Virus record (IMG/VR): IMGVR_UViG_3300028048_000092
Location: 32,001-96,000 of that record
DNA: 64,000 bases
Direction: 5' to 3' (one strand)
From: a virus
Taxonomy: Duplodnaviria; Caudoviricetes
Shown: positions 16,667-30,475 of the stretch, piece by piece
Position numbering within the stretch: the stretch's first letter is position 1
How the letters are laid out: each line of letters starts with the position of its first letter
The notes under the pieces: generated by a model
What the model was told of the DNA's origin: nothing
The model's database searches: none
The model's input: the letters and a program-made list of their open reading frames with translations, nothing else
Program-made: the position numbers and the translations under genes

Positions 16667-19600
16667 ATGGCTGACAGCAGCTTCTGGAATATAGGAAATA
16701 TAGAATATCCTGTAATACAAGGACAAGCGGGAAAGCCCTTCTACCATTAGCAAGGTCCTCTCATACAGTTCGGGTAGTAGCTGGTCGATAACAGCTGCCT
16801 TTGCAAGTACAGATATGCAAGGTACTTTGCTTACTACTGTGCAGTTCCTTCAGACAGCTCTTCCATAGCCTTTTTCAAGAACTTCGAGCAGGTTCCCTGG
16901 GAAGGGGGGCATAATATAAAGTTCCTTGATTATACCCAGGAAACAGCCAAAGGTTACCAATGGGGAATGTTCAAAGGACCTGTATATCTGGGCTGCTATC
17001 CAACGGGTCACTTTACTACAGGGAAGTGGCTTCCGGTGGAGCTTCCCTATGAGAATGTTTCATAGGACCTTAATGTAACTTCTCCTTCTCCTTATTATAT
17101 ATATTAGGAAAATGAGGACTACAACTACTCCTTGAAGTGCATGATAGTAAGTTCCTATTAGTGCTGCAATGGGGAGGAGGGCTGTGGAGTAGAAGTACAG
17201 AGAGGCTAGTACTTTGAAAGCTCTTTCCCATTCTGCTATGCATAGTTCTTTGTAAGTAACCTTGATGCAAGCGATGCTTCTCAGGTAACAGCTGCTCTTA
17301 TAGAAGGCTCCCAGGGATGTGTATGCACTCCTCCTTACAGGATGCTTAAGAAGTTCTAGCAGTACGATTGCTCTACAGCTACTATAAGGGTATTCAAGTA
17401 GATGGTGCTTCTTCCAGAAGAACTCGACAGATGCTCTTAGTTCTGTCCCTCCTGCCAATAGGAGCTTCCTGCTTTAGCTCCCAATGCTGCTTTTTTAGCT
17501 AAGAAGGATTGTGTTTATTGGGTTTTATGGAAGTTCCCCCTTCCATAGGACTGCAGTGATTGTTCCAAGACTTTACATAAGATATAGTGGCAGTTGGTAA
17601 CGGATTATAAAGATATCCCCGGGGAAGTTGTAGGGAAGGGGCCTGGGTGGAAGCCCCTGAGTTTCCATGATCCTGACGAGACCTTTACATACTGTGAATA
17701 GGAAGCTCCTGGAAAAGTCATCTTCCAGTGGCAGTATGTAAGGAATCCTCAGCCTTCCCAGGGAGAGATATAGGGCAGCCGCCCCGCTGTAAAGCCCGAT
17801 GAAAACCCCTGCAAAGAATACTGCAGGAAGAACCCTCTGGCAAGGCCCTCCATATCAGACTCTTTGTCAGGTGCCTCCGACAGTACTTTGTAGAAGCACT
17901 TTCCCTGCAATGAGCCCTAGCCTCCTCCTATGAAGTACAGAGAGTTCCTCCATACTGAGTTTGATGTATATGAGCTGTCACTTCGAGTTACTGTCATTAC
18001 AAGAGATCAGGTGAAGGAGTGCTATCAGAGCTATAAGATAGATACTCCCTTATAGGACTGGCATTGGAATCTTATTTAGAATGCTGTCTATGATTATCAG
18101 CTTACAAGCTACTTATATGGTACTTCCTTTCGGGGGACTGAAGTAAAGAACGGCTTTATCCATAAGTATGTTGTGCAGTTACATGGAGAAGAGCCTCCTG
18201 AAGATCCTTCCGGGGAGTATCAGGGAGACGACTTCGACATAGTAGCTGATGGAAGCTCCTACAACTTTGTCGATAAAAGTCAGAACCTTTGTCAGTATGC
18301 TTATCAAGTTTATTTAGCAGAGAAGTGTAAATGCTTTGGTGATTGTATTTCAGACTCCCGTTCCTGCAGCACATCAAATCAGAGTGAATATATAAGTGGC
18401 TGGGGGTGCTCCAAATGGCAAAGTCTTGGTCAGCATTCTTAGTATTAGATAAGAAAGGAAATGCGGTTCTGCCTGGATAAGTGGAGCCGGAACCCGGAAG
18501 AGTCTGTACACAAGTAGTGGGTTTATACTACTTTGTCTGATGATCCTTATTTCTGTGAATAGTATCCCCAGCCACTTAAAAGGGGGATTATCTACGATAA
18601 CTATGTATTTACACCAAACTGTTCCGATTCTACAAGTATAGTGGTATCTTTCCCTTTTGTTTCTTATCCCTGGTGTGGAAAACAGCCAAAAGCTTATTAG
18701 GGATATAAGGCATAGGACAGCCTATCCAGCTCCACTTTACTTCAAGTAGTGGACAATGTAATAGATCTTACCAATACAGATCCTCCGATATGTACCGTAT
18801 ATGGATTTATTGATCCTCACAAGGTGGCGGTTTGGCCAGGGTTTATTTCAGAGCGGCCTGTGCGACCAGCGCCTTGCTGCGGAGAAGAGGCCTTCTATTC
18901 CGATAGCTGTCATGCTAAGGGCAAAATTTATTAGCCTCCCATTATAAAGTGGCCCAAGTCCTGTTTGTAGCTTCCAGCGTACGGAGTGAGAGTTTATATA
19001 GCTGCTTTTGGACATGCCTGGCCTGGGTTCATTTCCACGTAGAAGACCGTTGATTCCCAGACTAAGTACTATGTAAATGCTTCCAAGTTCCTGCAGTACT
19101 TCAACTGTACCAAGCAGTCTTAGCTGTAGTTCTATTAGGAGCTCCCATCGTAGTACCCTGAAGGATGGGATCCGCCTTTCTCAGGCTTCTATCAGACCGA
19201 TTATCTTCCTGCAAAGGGTAACTGGTGCATGCCTCCCATAGGCTTCTTCAACTAGCTGTCCCCTGTGAACTTCAACCAGGGCTCTATAGCTTAGTGGGCA
19301 GGAGGTTCGGGAAAAGTCCTTTTGTATATATTCTCCGGGCATGCTTCCCGCTGCTAGTCACAGTTAGAGGTCGGCATAAGAGCACTTGCAGGGAAGAACA
19401 TCGGCGGCAGAAAAGCTATAGGCGTCTAGATCCCCCTTAACAAGAAAGGGGCAGGAGATAACGGGACCATAGCATATTCTTATGATTGTGTTGATGTCAA
19501 TCAGTTTATAGATCCCAATAGTGAGTACTATCATAAAGGTGTCTTATAGAGAGCCTATGAGAATCAGGATATAACAGGGTTCGTTGCCAATGGGTTTGTA

Positions 19601-20833
19601 GATGGTATAGATGCTTAGCTCTGCAATCGTATAGGAGGAAGCTTCCCCGGAGGAGCCTGCAGCAATGTGGAAAAGTTCCTGAATGAGTAGGAACTTCGTT
19701 AGCTGTTTGGTTCTGCTGCTGCAGGAAACTGGAACTCTCATTTCTTCACTTATGCTGATTTGAACTATCCGAAGAGTCCTTTCGGAAAAGCTTGCGCAGA
19801 CAGTTATATAGGTGTCTCCGGGAGGACTGGGGGCAAAAACGCATCTTCACATGATGTTGCGCTGCTGATGCGGATGCAAAAACTGCCCAAGGCAGCTTCC
19901 AGGACAGCCTGGTATATCCAGAACTGCTATGTGACCTTTTATGACTAGGATGATGGATCTGAGATCCTTCCCGGCTGGCCCTACAGGGTGTATGATCAAG
20001 CTGTTGACTTTGGCTATTCTTTTTGTGTGGAAGGCTCTCCTTCCCAGATAACTTATCTTATAAATACGACAGAGAGCTTTACACCCTCTGATTAGGATGT
20101 ATTTGCCGCGCTTATTAATGGCTCAAGAACTACATTCCACATATAGATACCTCCTTATCTGGCAGGAGAAGGGCTCTCTCCAACGGATCTTACTAGAAGT
20201 ACTTTTCAGCTTGTATCTGTAAGGGACAGCAGGAAGTGGCTGAGCATTTCTGCTTCCACTTGGGATGGACGTTGCTATTTGGATGCTTACGGCGGGCTGC
20301 AGGTTACTACTGCAGATAACGGAAGCACTACTTGGAATTGTGAAACGCAGACATGTTATTGGGGATAGCAAACTACAGGAGATTGTGTTATTCCCACATT
20401 GGATATACTGCCCCACGGGGATTGCGATACAGAAACAGGTACCGTAGGCAGAAGCGGCTTTGGCAGATACCGCAGCCTGCTTAAAAATGCTTCTGACTCC
20501 GGTTATGCTCTAGTAAATACTTCCAGTATGCGTTTCTGTGATCTTCCTTAGGGGGTTTTTGCTGCGTTTCTTATAAGAGCCTTAGACAATTGGTACGACT
20601 TTCCAAGCAGCTATGCAAGGGTCTGTGATCAGAATTATTATAGAGCATCCAAAGATTGTATAGTCATACCTGTTCCCGCTAATCTTGAGGAGGGCGACTA
20701 GTATACTCTCAGTATAACTCATGATCTTTCAGATAGCACCACTTATGAATAGGAAGGAGATACTAGTTATCGTAAGTGCCATGTATAGATATAGCAGAAG
20801 TTCATTTTCCACTTGCCGACATAGTGGTACTGA
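16667..20833 (+). CDS. 1388-aa Cys-rich protein, probably virion surface/tail (TAG=Glu)
   Basis: Single frame without TAA/TGA over 4167 nt; dozens of TAG; ORF-track pieces 18173, 18749 and 19760 share this frame. Confidence 0.8.
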
Positions 20834-20847
20834 TAAAGGAGAAATAA

Positions 20848-21579
20848 ATGCCCTGTTCTTGTAAACTAAAATCTTCAGATGTCAAATATGTTCCACCTAA
20901 GTCCCTTTAGGTTAAGCTCGCAGAAGTAAAATAGGTGCAGCCGGCAAAAGCTGCCTAGCCTTATGACTTCTCAGCTACTACAAAGCCGTCTTAGCTGTGC
21001 CTTAACTGTGTTTCCAAGCATCTGGGACTTGCCTATCTGTTCCTTAGATAGCAGCTCCCATACAAGCTGGTTTCCATAGGATAGCTGATGTGTGCTTCTT
21101 AGCACCTTTACAATATGCAGCTCCCCGAAGCAAATTATATGCACAGTCTTGCTTTGAAGCTCCTCAGAGATCCTGAAAATAAAGAAGTTCAGTCCCGGAT
21201 AGAAAAGGTCCTTCAGGATCTGTATGAAACTTCGCAGCTTCCCGGTATATAGTAGAGAGAAGAGGGGACTCCTTTGTAGGAATACCTTCTGACGTTATTG
21301 TTGGTATACTCTCTCGTATTTACTTAGATCATGTACTAGAAGAGCAACATTCCCTGGGCAGTCTCCCATCTTGCGCAGGCTTCCATATTCTATTTCGAAG
21401 CATCAAGAAACAGAGAACAGTTCCAAAGTACCAGAGAGATCTGGAAGCTTTTACAGGATATAAAAGATTTCAACAAGGAGTATTCTTCTGCCAAGTCCCG
21501 CCTGTGGAATTTTATAGAACAGCTCTACAACGAGTATAAGAAACAGAAGCAGCAAAAGGAGTCAATAATATCTCTCTAA
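20848..21579 (+). CDS. hypothetical helical protein with CxxC-xxKH (TAG=Glu)
   Basis: AAAGGAG RBS; MPCSCK...LCLNCVSKHLG; TAA stop. Confidence 0.75.
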
Positions 21580-21617
21580 AGGAAATACGTAGTATTTCCA
21601 ATTAGAGATATTATTGG
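21562..21617. other. long AT-rich inverted repeat
   Basis: aataatatctct..ggaaatac/gtatttcc..agagatattatt. Confidence 0.55.
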
Positions 21618-21672
21618 TATATCGAAAAAGTCCCTTATGACGGCTTCTTCTTTATAAACATCAGGAGATCTT

Positions 21673-22446
21673 ATGTTCTACATTAATATAGATACCAGAA
21701 AGTTTACAGTCCCTCCGGGAAGCGACTCCCATCCCCCGTATCCCAAGCCTCCCTGCAACTGTAATAAGGAGCGCCCTACTTTCCTTAATTATGGGAGATG
21801 CAAGCCCCAGAAAGAGATAGAGAAGCCGGAACTGATCTAGTTCCAGATTTCCGAGATCCCTGTAACGTTCCTTCATGAAGACGGAACTCCCTTCGATCTT
21901 ACAGGAGCGGAACTTCTACTGGCAGTAGATAATAACTTCAAGCACAGTGACTCTCTCATAGCACTTGATCCGCAGGGTGTAGTTACAGATGCGCTTGCTG
22001 GCCAGGCCTCTTTTGCTGTAGTCACCGATTCCATGAAGCTTCATCGTTTGGTACAGGCCAAGATCCCTGCTTCCCAGGTAATGATGTAGATCATCATGTA
22101 TCCACAGGGAAGCCCCTGGGGGAAGATGCTGCTGCACGACAACGGCATCAATCTTATTCCAAGAATGTATTCCGATAATGAATCTCCAAGGGAAACTCCT
22201 TAGAACTATTATACCAAGACACAGATGAGATCCATTCTGAAGAACTATCAGAAAGTGGACTCCGACTCTTCCACAGGTATGATAATCAACGGATAGGGGG
22301 TTCCCGGCGATGATATAGGCATGCCTGGAGACTTTTATGTAGATACCCTTTAGAGCAAGCTTTACTTTAAAAAAACTGACGACTGGGTCTTTATAGGCTA
22401 CCTCTCGACGGGGCTGCCTCAAATAGAATATGATGTAATTTAGTGA
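21673..22446 (+). CDS. BppU-like baseplate/tail fibre adaptor (TAG=Glu)
   Basis: DGTPFDLTGA..., DALAGQASF, YYTK, G.PGDFYVDT motifs. Confidence 0.7.
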
Positions 22447-22457
22447 AAGGAACCATT

Positions 22458-23105
22458 ATGGCCGACAAAAACATCCAACTTAAAGACAGAAACGAAAATC
22501 TTCTTTTTCCACGGGTAAAACTTACCAATGCTGTAAATGACATTGGTTTTATTACTTCGGCGGAAGTCAGCAGCAATTATGCTACCAAATCGGAGATCGC
22601 TGACATCATCTCTGCAAAACTCAGCAGAGTCGTTGTCGATGCTCTCCCGACAGAAGACATCCAGACCAACACCATCTACATGGTCCCAAACGGAGGAAGT
22701 AACTCCTCCAACGTTTACACCGAATATCTCTACACTAACAACAAGTGGGAGATCATCGGAAGCACCGATACGGACCTGACCGGTTATGCTACCGAGACTT
22801 ATGTCAGCAATTATGTTGCTTCGCAGGGCTTTGCCACTGAAACTTATGTCAGTGACTATGTTGGCTCTCAGGGCTTTGCTACTCAGTCCTGGGTCACCAG
22901 CCAGAATTATGCAACTGAAAGCTATGTGAGCTCCACCTATGCTCCGATCAGCAATGCTGCTCTCGAAGGCACCCCGACCGCTCCGAATATCACCAGCGAG
23001 TCCTCCGGAACTCAGATCGCAAACAAGAACTATGTTGAAGGCTATGTCAACGACATGTTCCTTGCGCAGAACCTTGTTTACGTCGTTCTCTCCGACTCTC
23101 TGTAA
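22458..23105 (+). CDS. tail/head fibre protein
   Basis: VVDALPTEDIQTNTIYMVP...YTEYLY..NKWEIIG, YATETYV repeats, LEGTPTAP...QIA; no TAG. Confidence 0.85.
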   Translation: MADKNIQLKDRNENLLFPRVKLTNAVNDIGFITSAEVSSNYATKSEIADIISAKLSRVVVDALPTEDIQTNTIYMVPNGGSNSSNVYTEYLYTNNKWEIIGSTDTDLTGYATETYVSNYVASQGFATETYVSDYVGSQGFATQSWVTSQNYATESYVSSTYAPISNAALEGTPTAPNITSESSGTQIANKNYVEGYVNDMFLAQNLVYVVLSDSL

Positions 23106-23127
23106 TAACTGAGCAGGAAACAGCTAG

Positions 23128-24663
23128 ATGTCCAATATTCAGATACACTCTTATACAGGATAGGATCTATATCCCCGTATCAAGACCAGCAATGTTATAA
23201 ATGATGCGGGCTTTTTAGCTGTTTCCGATTCAGGCTCATAGGGAGCTATACTGCTGCTTACTTCATAGGGACCCAGGTGGAGTAAGCCGCAGTTTATATC
23301 CAACTACATAGAAATAACTTCCGTATCCGATTCAAAGATCTTTTTACAGGGAAGCAATATTCCAGTGGGAGTGGAAACTTCCCTTGGCAATTACTATCCT
23401 ATTTAGAAGCGATCCCTTGTCATCGACTCCGATTCCATACAGATAAGTATCGATCCTTATCTTGCTTATGACGGGACAGCTTCTTTTGTTCCTCCCTGGA
23501 AGGTTTGGTTTTCCAGTGCCCCGGTCATTGTGGAGGGAGGAGCTTCCAATACACAGAAAATAATCAAGTTCCCAGGGGGTGCTTCAGGGTGGGCCTTCAA
23601 GCCCCTTCCCAATAGAGTCTATTATTATGATCTTATAGACAGCATTTCCGATTCTCTTGAAATAGACTTTCAGACAGCCGCCTTTTCCGATTCCACTTAG
23701 CAGTTCAACTTTGAAATGCAGATCGTACAAGGCGCTGTATATAATAGTAAAAATCTTATATGGAACACTTAGAAGGAGCTTCTGTGGAAAGCAGGAAGCA
23801 CCTTCTCAAGTTCCAATTCAGCACCTGCTTTGGATTTGAAGGCACTGCACTGTTTTGACTTCAGGTGGGACGGTCAGCGGCTGCTCGGAGAGATGGCATA
23901 CAAGATCTCCGATGTGGGTGCTTAGCAGAAGCCTCTAAGGCTGACAGCACAGGCTGCAAATTCTTCCGTTACACTCAATTGGGTGGACTCTTCAGGAAGT
24001 GTTACTCCTCAGGCAGAGCTTTATTACAGAACAGCAGGAACTTAGTGGACTTCTTATACAATAGGAACTTAGCTGCAGCTTACTTCTACAGGAGACTGGG
24101 TGTAGTTCTGGAACAGCGCAAACAAGTTCTCCTATTCCACTGCAGCCTATTATCAGTTTGCCATGCAGGGTGTTATTGCGGCTTCCGGGAACATCATGTC
24201 CCTGCTGAATTATGGAAGTATGAAAGGGGCTGCTTTTGCATACTTGTTCAATGGTTGTGATTCTCTTACAACTGCTCCTGAGCTTCCTGCCACTGTCCTA
24301 GCGAGCAGCTGCTACTTTGCGATGTTTCGTACCTGCACGTCTCTTATTGTTGCACCTGTGTTGCCGGCATCTGTCTTATATAATAACTGTTATCAGTCAA
24401 TGTTCCGCGGATGTACTTCTTTGACCGCTGTTCCATTGCTGTTTGCCAAGGCTCTTGTAAAAGGATGCTGTGCTTATATGTGCTATAGCTGTACTTCTCT
24501 AAATGCTGTAACAGTTGCGTTTGACACCTGGGAAGACAATACCACTACCAGCTGGTTGTCCACTGTGGCCGCTTCAGGTACCTTCACTTGTCCTTATGGG
24601 CTGTCCGATGAAGTGAGAGATACGAGCCATATTCCTTCCGGATGGACCGTTGTAAGAGTTTGA
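23128..24663 (+). CDS. tail fibre protein with C-terminal BspA-like LRR repeats (TAG=Glu)
   Basis: N-terminus paralogous to 24736; SGNIMSLL, LTTAPELPATVLASSCY repeats, IPSGWTV end. Confidence 0.85.
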
Positions 24664-24849
24664 CAATATGAGCAATATGTATATACTATCCCAGAAAGAT
24701 ATTCTTCGGGCATTCATTGAATAAGAGAGGCATAGATGTCTAATAACATACAACTACAGTCTATTTTCGGGAAGCCTTTGTATCCCCGTATCAAGACCAG
24801 CAATGTTATAAATGATGCGGGCTTTTTAGCTGTTTCCGATTCAGGCTCA
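23170..24849 (+). repeat. 69-bp identical duplication (23170-23238 and 24781-24849)
   Basis: tatccccgtatcaagaccagc...tccgattcaggctca at the 5' end of two fibre genes. Confidence 0.9.
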
Positions 24850-26649
24850 GAAGGGCAGTTCCTGATACAGACTGCGGAAGGACCCAAGTGGGTAACTATA
24901 TAGCAGTCGCAGCTGTAGTCCAATTACAGATACTTCTCTCAAGCCCCTCAAAACCTTGTTACTTTTCAAGGGCTGAGCATTCCGGTTGGGGTAGAGGCAC
25001 CTTCCGGCAATTATTATCCTGTTGAAAAGAACTCTTTATCTATAGGTTCCAGCAGTGTCACCCTTGACATCACTGCCTATCTTGCTTATTAGGACACGCC
25101 TTCTATCAGCGGGCTTTGGAGAGCGTGGTTCTCCTCGGGAGGCACGCTTTCCGACAGCTTCTCTTTGAGTGACTATTATACCAAGTCTCAAGTGGATGAG
25201 CTTATTGCAGGGAACATTACGGAACGTACAGCTTTTGTGCCCTTTTCCAGTGTTACCAACAATAAAGTGACCTTTACAGGCTGCGGCATTCCTACCGGGG
25301 TGCTTACTCCTTCAGGCAGCTATTACAGCATATAGAAGAGCAGTGTGGAATATAATAAGCAGCTTGGCAGGACTGTATTGGATGTTTCTGCTTATTTAGC
25401 TTATTAGGACATGGCTTCTTTTTCAGGTACCTGGACAGCATGCTTCCCTACAGGTATAATAGGAAGCAACAGCAGCGGGTACTATACCAAGCAAGAGGTG
25501 GATGACCTCTTTGCACAGCTCTCAGACAGTATCCAGAATACTTATTACACTAAGAGTGAAGTAAACGGCTTTATCGATGCACTGTCGGACTCTATAGACG
25601 CAGTGAATACCAAGTTCTCCAGCTATTACACCAAGAGCGAGATGGATGAGAAGCTGCAGCGTAATAATATGCCCATCGGGACTATATTCTACTATCCTTC
25701 TTCAGTTCCACCAGAAGGAGCGTTTTTGTTGAATGGGCAGGTAATTTATAATTGCAATACACTATATCCCGATTTTTGGGAGTGGCTTGTTACAAATATT
25801 TCTGCAAGTAATATAAGGTCGTTGTCAGCTTCTTCTTATTAGGCATAGTTATCATCTAGAGGATTTTGTGGGGCGTTTACTGTTAACAGCAGTACAGGCG
25901 CTGTCAGACTGCCTTGTCTTACAAATGCTTTTATACAAGGAAATGATAGTAATATTGGAGCTTCTATCGCTCCAGGCCTGCCGGATATTCAAGGTGAACT
26001 GCAGGCCACTTATTCAGTTTTCCGTGGAAGTGCTTCAGGTGCGCTTACCTACGCAAGTACCTAGACGCAGCTGTCGTCTCCGACTTTCCCGCAGACAGCT
26101 GTTACACAACGAGTAAAGTTTAAAGCAAGAAATTATAATACTATCTACGGCAATTCAACTACAGTACAGCCCCCTGCCGTAAAGTACTCTGTCTGTATCC
26201 AGGTATTCAATACTGCCCTGTCTCTCTCCAATCAAGTTTCTGCGCAGCTTGCTACAGAGTTGCAAAGCAAGGCCGGGATAAACGCAGAGAATTTCACTGC
26301 GACAGGAAAAGATAGCCTAATCAACATTATGTCTGATTTTGCCCCAACTCAGGTCACATCTGTTGCTGCATTGAATACATATTATACAGCCACCAAAGCT
26401 GGAATTTTGTATGCTTCTTTTACAAATAGTGTAAATGCTACTACAGATTGTTATATTGTAGCTGCAATAACTGAACCCAATGTTACTACATCTTATTATT
26501 ACTCTGGAGGATATGTAGCTGCCAGTCACACTCAAAGACATAGCCTGTTTATACCGAAAGGACAGCGATATAGGGTAGACGCAGGCAATGCAAATATAAC
26601 CTGGTCTGCTTTTTTTATCCCCCTTAGAAACTCCATAGCAACCAGCTGA
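24736..26649 (+). CDS. tail fibre protein with tail-collar domain (TAG=Glu)
   Basis: YYTK repeats, MPIGTIFYYP...PEGAFLLNGQ, VRLP, GLPDIQG, IYGNSTTVQPPAV. Confidence 0.85.
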
Positions 26650-26657
26650 GGTGACTC

Positions 26658-27104
26658 ATGATTTACATCACATATGACATCGAAACAGGTGCTGTAGATG
26701 ATACAGCCTATGCCACTATAGATATAATCCCAGAGGGCAAAGCTTATCTGCCTCTTATGGAAGAGACCTGGAACAGCGCCCAGGGAAAGCTTATGAGAGT
26801 AGAGGACGGGCAGTTCATTTGCACAGATCCTCCGCCAACTGTGGCAGACTATGACAAAGCTATGGAAGACCATCTTGCAGCAGAAAGAGCAGCAAGGGGC
26901 TACACCATAAGAGAGCCTTCAGATTACAAAGACAGTTCCGTAGAGAGATGGAATCAGGATGCAATTGACTGGATCTCCCACAGAGACGCTGTAATGCTTT
27001 ACGGACTTGAAGTAATGAATCATTATGCAGAGACAGGAGAAGCCCCTTCCCTGCAATAGTTCAAATAGAACCTTCCCGTTATAACTTGGTCATATGAGGT
27101 ATAA
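26658..27104 (+). CDS. tail fibre assembly/chaperone-like protein (TAG=Glu)
   Basis: ARGY...SY..S...W..DA...RDAV ... PSLQEFKENLPVITW. Confidence 0.75.
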
Positions 27105-27106
27105 GA

Positions 27107-28585
27107 ATGGAATATATCTTCACAGATTTACCTAGATATGTAAAGGTCACTGACAGAAGCCGTTTCAGCAATGCAGTGATCCACGATGGGTATGTACTTT
27201 TGTTCTCTTAGGATGGACAGTCACTTACTGCAAAGCTTCCCAACGGTAGTTTCGTAAATGTGGGAGGAAGCGACTCCTTCTCATTCTCTCAGGTGACTGC
27301 AACTGCTTCGGATGTGCTCGCAGGAAAGTTCTTCCACAACTCCTCCGGTATCCTTGTAGAAGGTACTATACAGACAGTCACAGCAGCTGTGAACGCCAAT
27401 AAGATCGTTATTCCCAGAGGCTTTATAGAATCCGATTCCATTACGATCCCTTAGGCTGATCCTCTTACAGTCTCCGGCAATACCGTTACAGTGCCTGTCG
27501 GTTATATAGCTTCCCAGAGAGTCGCCCAGATAGCTTAGGGAGGACCTGTTACTGTATCAGATAACCTGGTGCACATTCCGGCAGGCTGGAGAGCCGCATC
27601 AGACTCCGTTACAGTTGGTACACTGCAGGAGTCTTAGAGTTACACTCCGGGGACTTCTGATCAAGTTATTCCGGCAGGCACTTATTTGGCAGGTGCACAG
27701 GTGATCCTGGGAGATGCGAATCTTATTTCTGGAAACATTGCTTCTGGGGTTACTATTTTCGGTGTACAGGGAACACATCAGGGAGGCACTTCTCTAAGGG
27801 CTGGTGTGCTGGTCTCTGACAGCGGCACACTTAAAGTGCAACCTCTTAGCTTTGACGGCACAATCCCCAGTGACAGTGGAACTTTGGAGAGCCTTTCTGA
27901 TTCATCTCTATTGATCTTTGAGACAGGACATCCTGAGCCTGCTTATGACGGATAGGGAAGCACATCTGGAGATAACCCATTTTAGCTGGTAGATTATATA
28001 CAGTCAACCGGAACCCAGTACATAGATACAGGCTATTATCCTAAAGCTAATTCAAAGTTTGAATTGCTTGCAAATGTTGACTCTGATAATACAAGTTATG
28101 TATGTCCTTTTGGAACTAGAGAAGGAACTGCTGGATATGCCAAAGAAAAACCCGCTTTGATATTTTTAAAATTTGATAGTGTTAATAAGTTAAATGCTGC
28201 ATGGGGCAGTGATGATTATCAACTTTATTCCACAGAAAAATTCTTTAATACCAAGTGCGCGTATTCTTTATCTTCCGGATATGTATCCTTAAAAACAGAA
28301 AATTTAAGTAACTGTATTGCTTATTCATTTACTGGAGGTTCAGTTACTGACAGTAGACCTATGTATTTGTTTGTTTTATTGAATGGCAGTTCTCCTGATA
28401 TCGATTGGACTATCTGTAGTATGAAATTATATAGGTTTAGAATCTCTGAAGGGGATGCTTTAGTGCATTAGTTTATTCCATGGACGGATTCTCAAAATAT
28501 AGTATGTCTGAAAGATACAGTCACCGGGGACTTGAAGTATAATATCGGTTCCGGCTCTTTTACTAGAGGCCGTGATAGTAATTAA
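27107..28585 (+). CDS. tail fibre/spike protein (TAG=Glu)
   Basis: TATASDVLAGK, TPGTSDQVIPAGTYL, GDANLISGNIASGVTIFGVQGT, YIQSTGTQYIDTG. Confidence 0.85.
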
Positions 28586-28600
28586 TAAGGACCCTTTTAC

Positions 28601-29512
28601 ATGAACATAACAGATTCTAATTTAGTTCCCGTTACAGCGCAGCCTAAGGCTGGGCAGCGTGTTATATAGATAGCTCCTGGAAAATGGATCCCTGTGGGCC
28701 TTGGAGGAAAGTTCCCTCCCGTTGCTGCTTCTTCCGACAGCACACTTTTGGCACTCGAAGCAGGGTACATCGATGAGAATGGCAACTTCCAGCCGCTCTC
28801 CTTTAATGGTACTTAGGCAAGCGACTCCGGGAATGCTGTAGAGGGACTATAGCACAAGATCTTCAATACAGGACATGAAGAGCCTGATTATGGTGGCTCT
28901 GGTGGTTCTGGTATTCAATTGCCTAGCGATGCTTGTTTCTATCTGCCTCTTTCTACTGATGTGACAACACAAACCGGACAAGCAACAACAGCGACTGGTA
29001 TAACTTTTAACACTTAGGCAGGTATTACTGCTGCTGTGTTTGATGGCGAAGGGTATATAAGCTTCTCTGACTCAGGCTTACCTGAAGATACTTCAGCTAG
29101 ATCCTTTTCGTTTTGGTTCAAAAGAACCTCTTCTATTGACGATAATGTTGTTATTAATTACGGTGTGGATGCTATTAGAAAGCGCTTTGGTATTTTTTTA
29201 GCCGATACAGGACTCACCGTAGGTATAGGTGGTGGTTACAGTGTAAGTATTACACATGCTTTTGCTGCTAATAGGTGGTACAACATAGTTGTAATATATG
29301 CTGATGGTTTTATTAATTTGTGTGTTGATGGTGGATAGATTCGCAGTGTGGAGGCGCCTTATTTTTCCACGGAACTGACAGGAACAGGTTACATAGGTTA
29401 TCGCAATGGAACCACGTTAAACGGAATGCTGGCAGGTGTCAGAGTATTTAATCGGGCACTTACGGCTGCAGATATATACGCTTTAGCTCGTGAATTTGTT
29501 CCCACCGCTTGA
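28601..29512 (+). CDS. LamG/concanavalin A-like tail protein (TAG=Glu)
   Basis: FDG..YI, SFSFWFK, WYNIVV, VRVFNRALT..DI..LAREF. Confidence 0.85.
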
Positions 29513-29527
29513 TAAAGGATCCTTCAT

Positions 29528-29878
29528 ATGAACTTAACAGAATCTAATTTAATTACTTTAAATACAGAGCTTAAACAAGGTCAGCGCTGTATCCGCATAG
29601 GTAACAGCATAATTCCTGTTGGAGTAGGTGGAAGCTTTGCTCCGGGCAGTGACTCCACTATTCCATAGGCAGCCGATGTCATCCTCGGTGTAGTGGATGC
29701 CCAGGGAAAGTTCCAGCCCTTCAAGTTTAATGGTACAGAAGCCTCCGATTCAGGATAGCCTATTACAGTCTCTTAGTACAAGAGCTGGAACAGCACTTTG
29801 CCTGCGCCCACACCAAGCCCTTCCGGCGGCATGGACGATCTTTAGTTCTTTGATTGGTATACAATTTTATCTAAATAA
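29528..29878 (+). CDS. small tail protein paralogous to the 28601 N-terminus (TAG=Glu)
   Basis: MNLTESNL...GQR...PVGVGG...FQP..FNGTEASDSG. Confidence 0.75.
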
Positions 29879-29890
29879 GGAGTTTTGAAA

Positions 29891-30187
29891 ATGGATGTTA
29901 AAAGATTTGATGTTGTAACGAACGCGAGTGACTCCGCTTCTATCTGCACTGTTCCTTCCGGGAAAGCTTACACAGTGACAGGATTTACTATTGTGGAAAC
30001 TGAAGGCAACTCAGGGGAAATTACACTGAAAGTAGGAAACCAGATCATCGGGCAGTTCGGAGTGTCCGGACCAGATACTATTTATCCTGTCACCAATGTT
30101 AATTTGACTGCTTCTTAGACACTTAAAGTAGATTGCTCTATATCTGGTGTTTATGTCACCGCTTCTGTTGTGGAAAGGGATGTGTAA
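29891..30187 (+). CDS. small beta-rich structural protein (TAG=Glu)
   Basis: TVPSGK.YTV ... LTASETLKV; one TAG. Confidence 0.7.
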
Positions 30188-30474
30188 TGAGCGGGACACT
30201 GGGAGCGATTCGCCGGGAACGGCAAAGAAGGGAAGAAGTTCTCCGCAAGGCTCAGGCGGAAGCCGATAAGCGGCAGTCTCTTGAGCTGAACCGCGAGGCT
30301 GTCATTGCGGAGATTTGCGAGGCTTTCGGCTGGACGGAACTGGATGAGTTCGCCCGGAAGATGATCGATGACGCTTTCGCCGGGCAGCTGGTAGACGTGA
30401 AGCAACTAAAAAAAGACCTTGCCAAGTGGAAAGAAGAACAGGAGCATCCGCAGGAGTCTCCGAAGGAGGAATAA
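30187..30474 (+). CDS. hypothetical helical protein
   Basis: TAATG overlap; GC-richer; no TAG. Confidence 0.65.
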   Translation: MSGTLGAIRRERQRREEVLRKAQAEADKRQSLELNREAVIAEICEAFGWTELDEFARKMIDDAFAGQLVDVKQLKKDLAKWKEEQEHPQESPKEE

Positions 30475-30475
30475 C

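Noticed and set aside
22786-22930. ATETYV nucleotide repeats as an array
   Set aside because: In-frame coding repeats of a fibre protein
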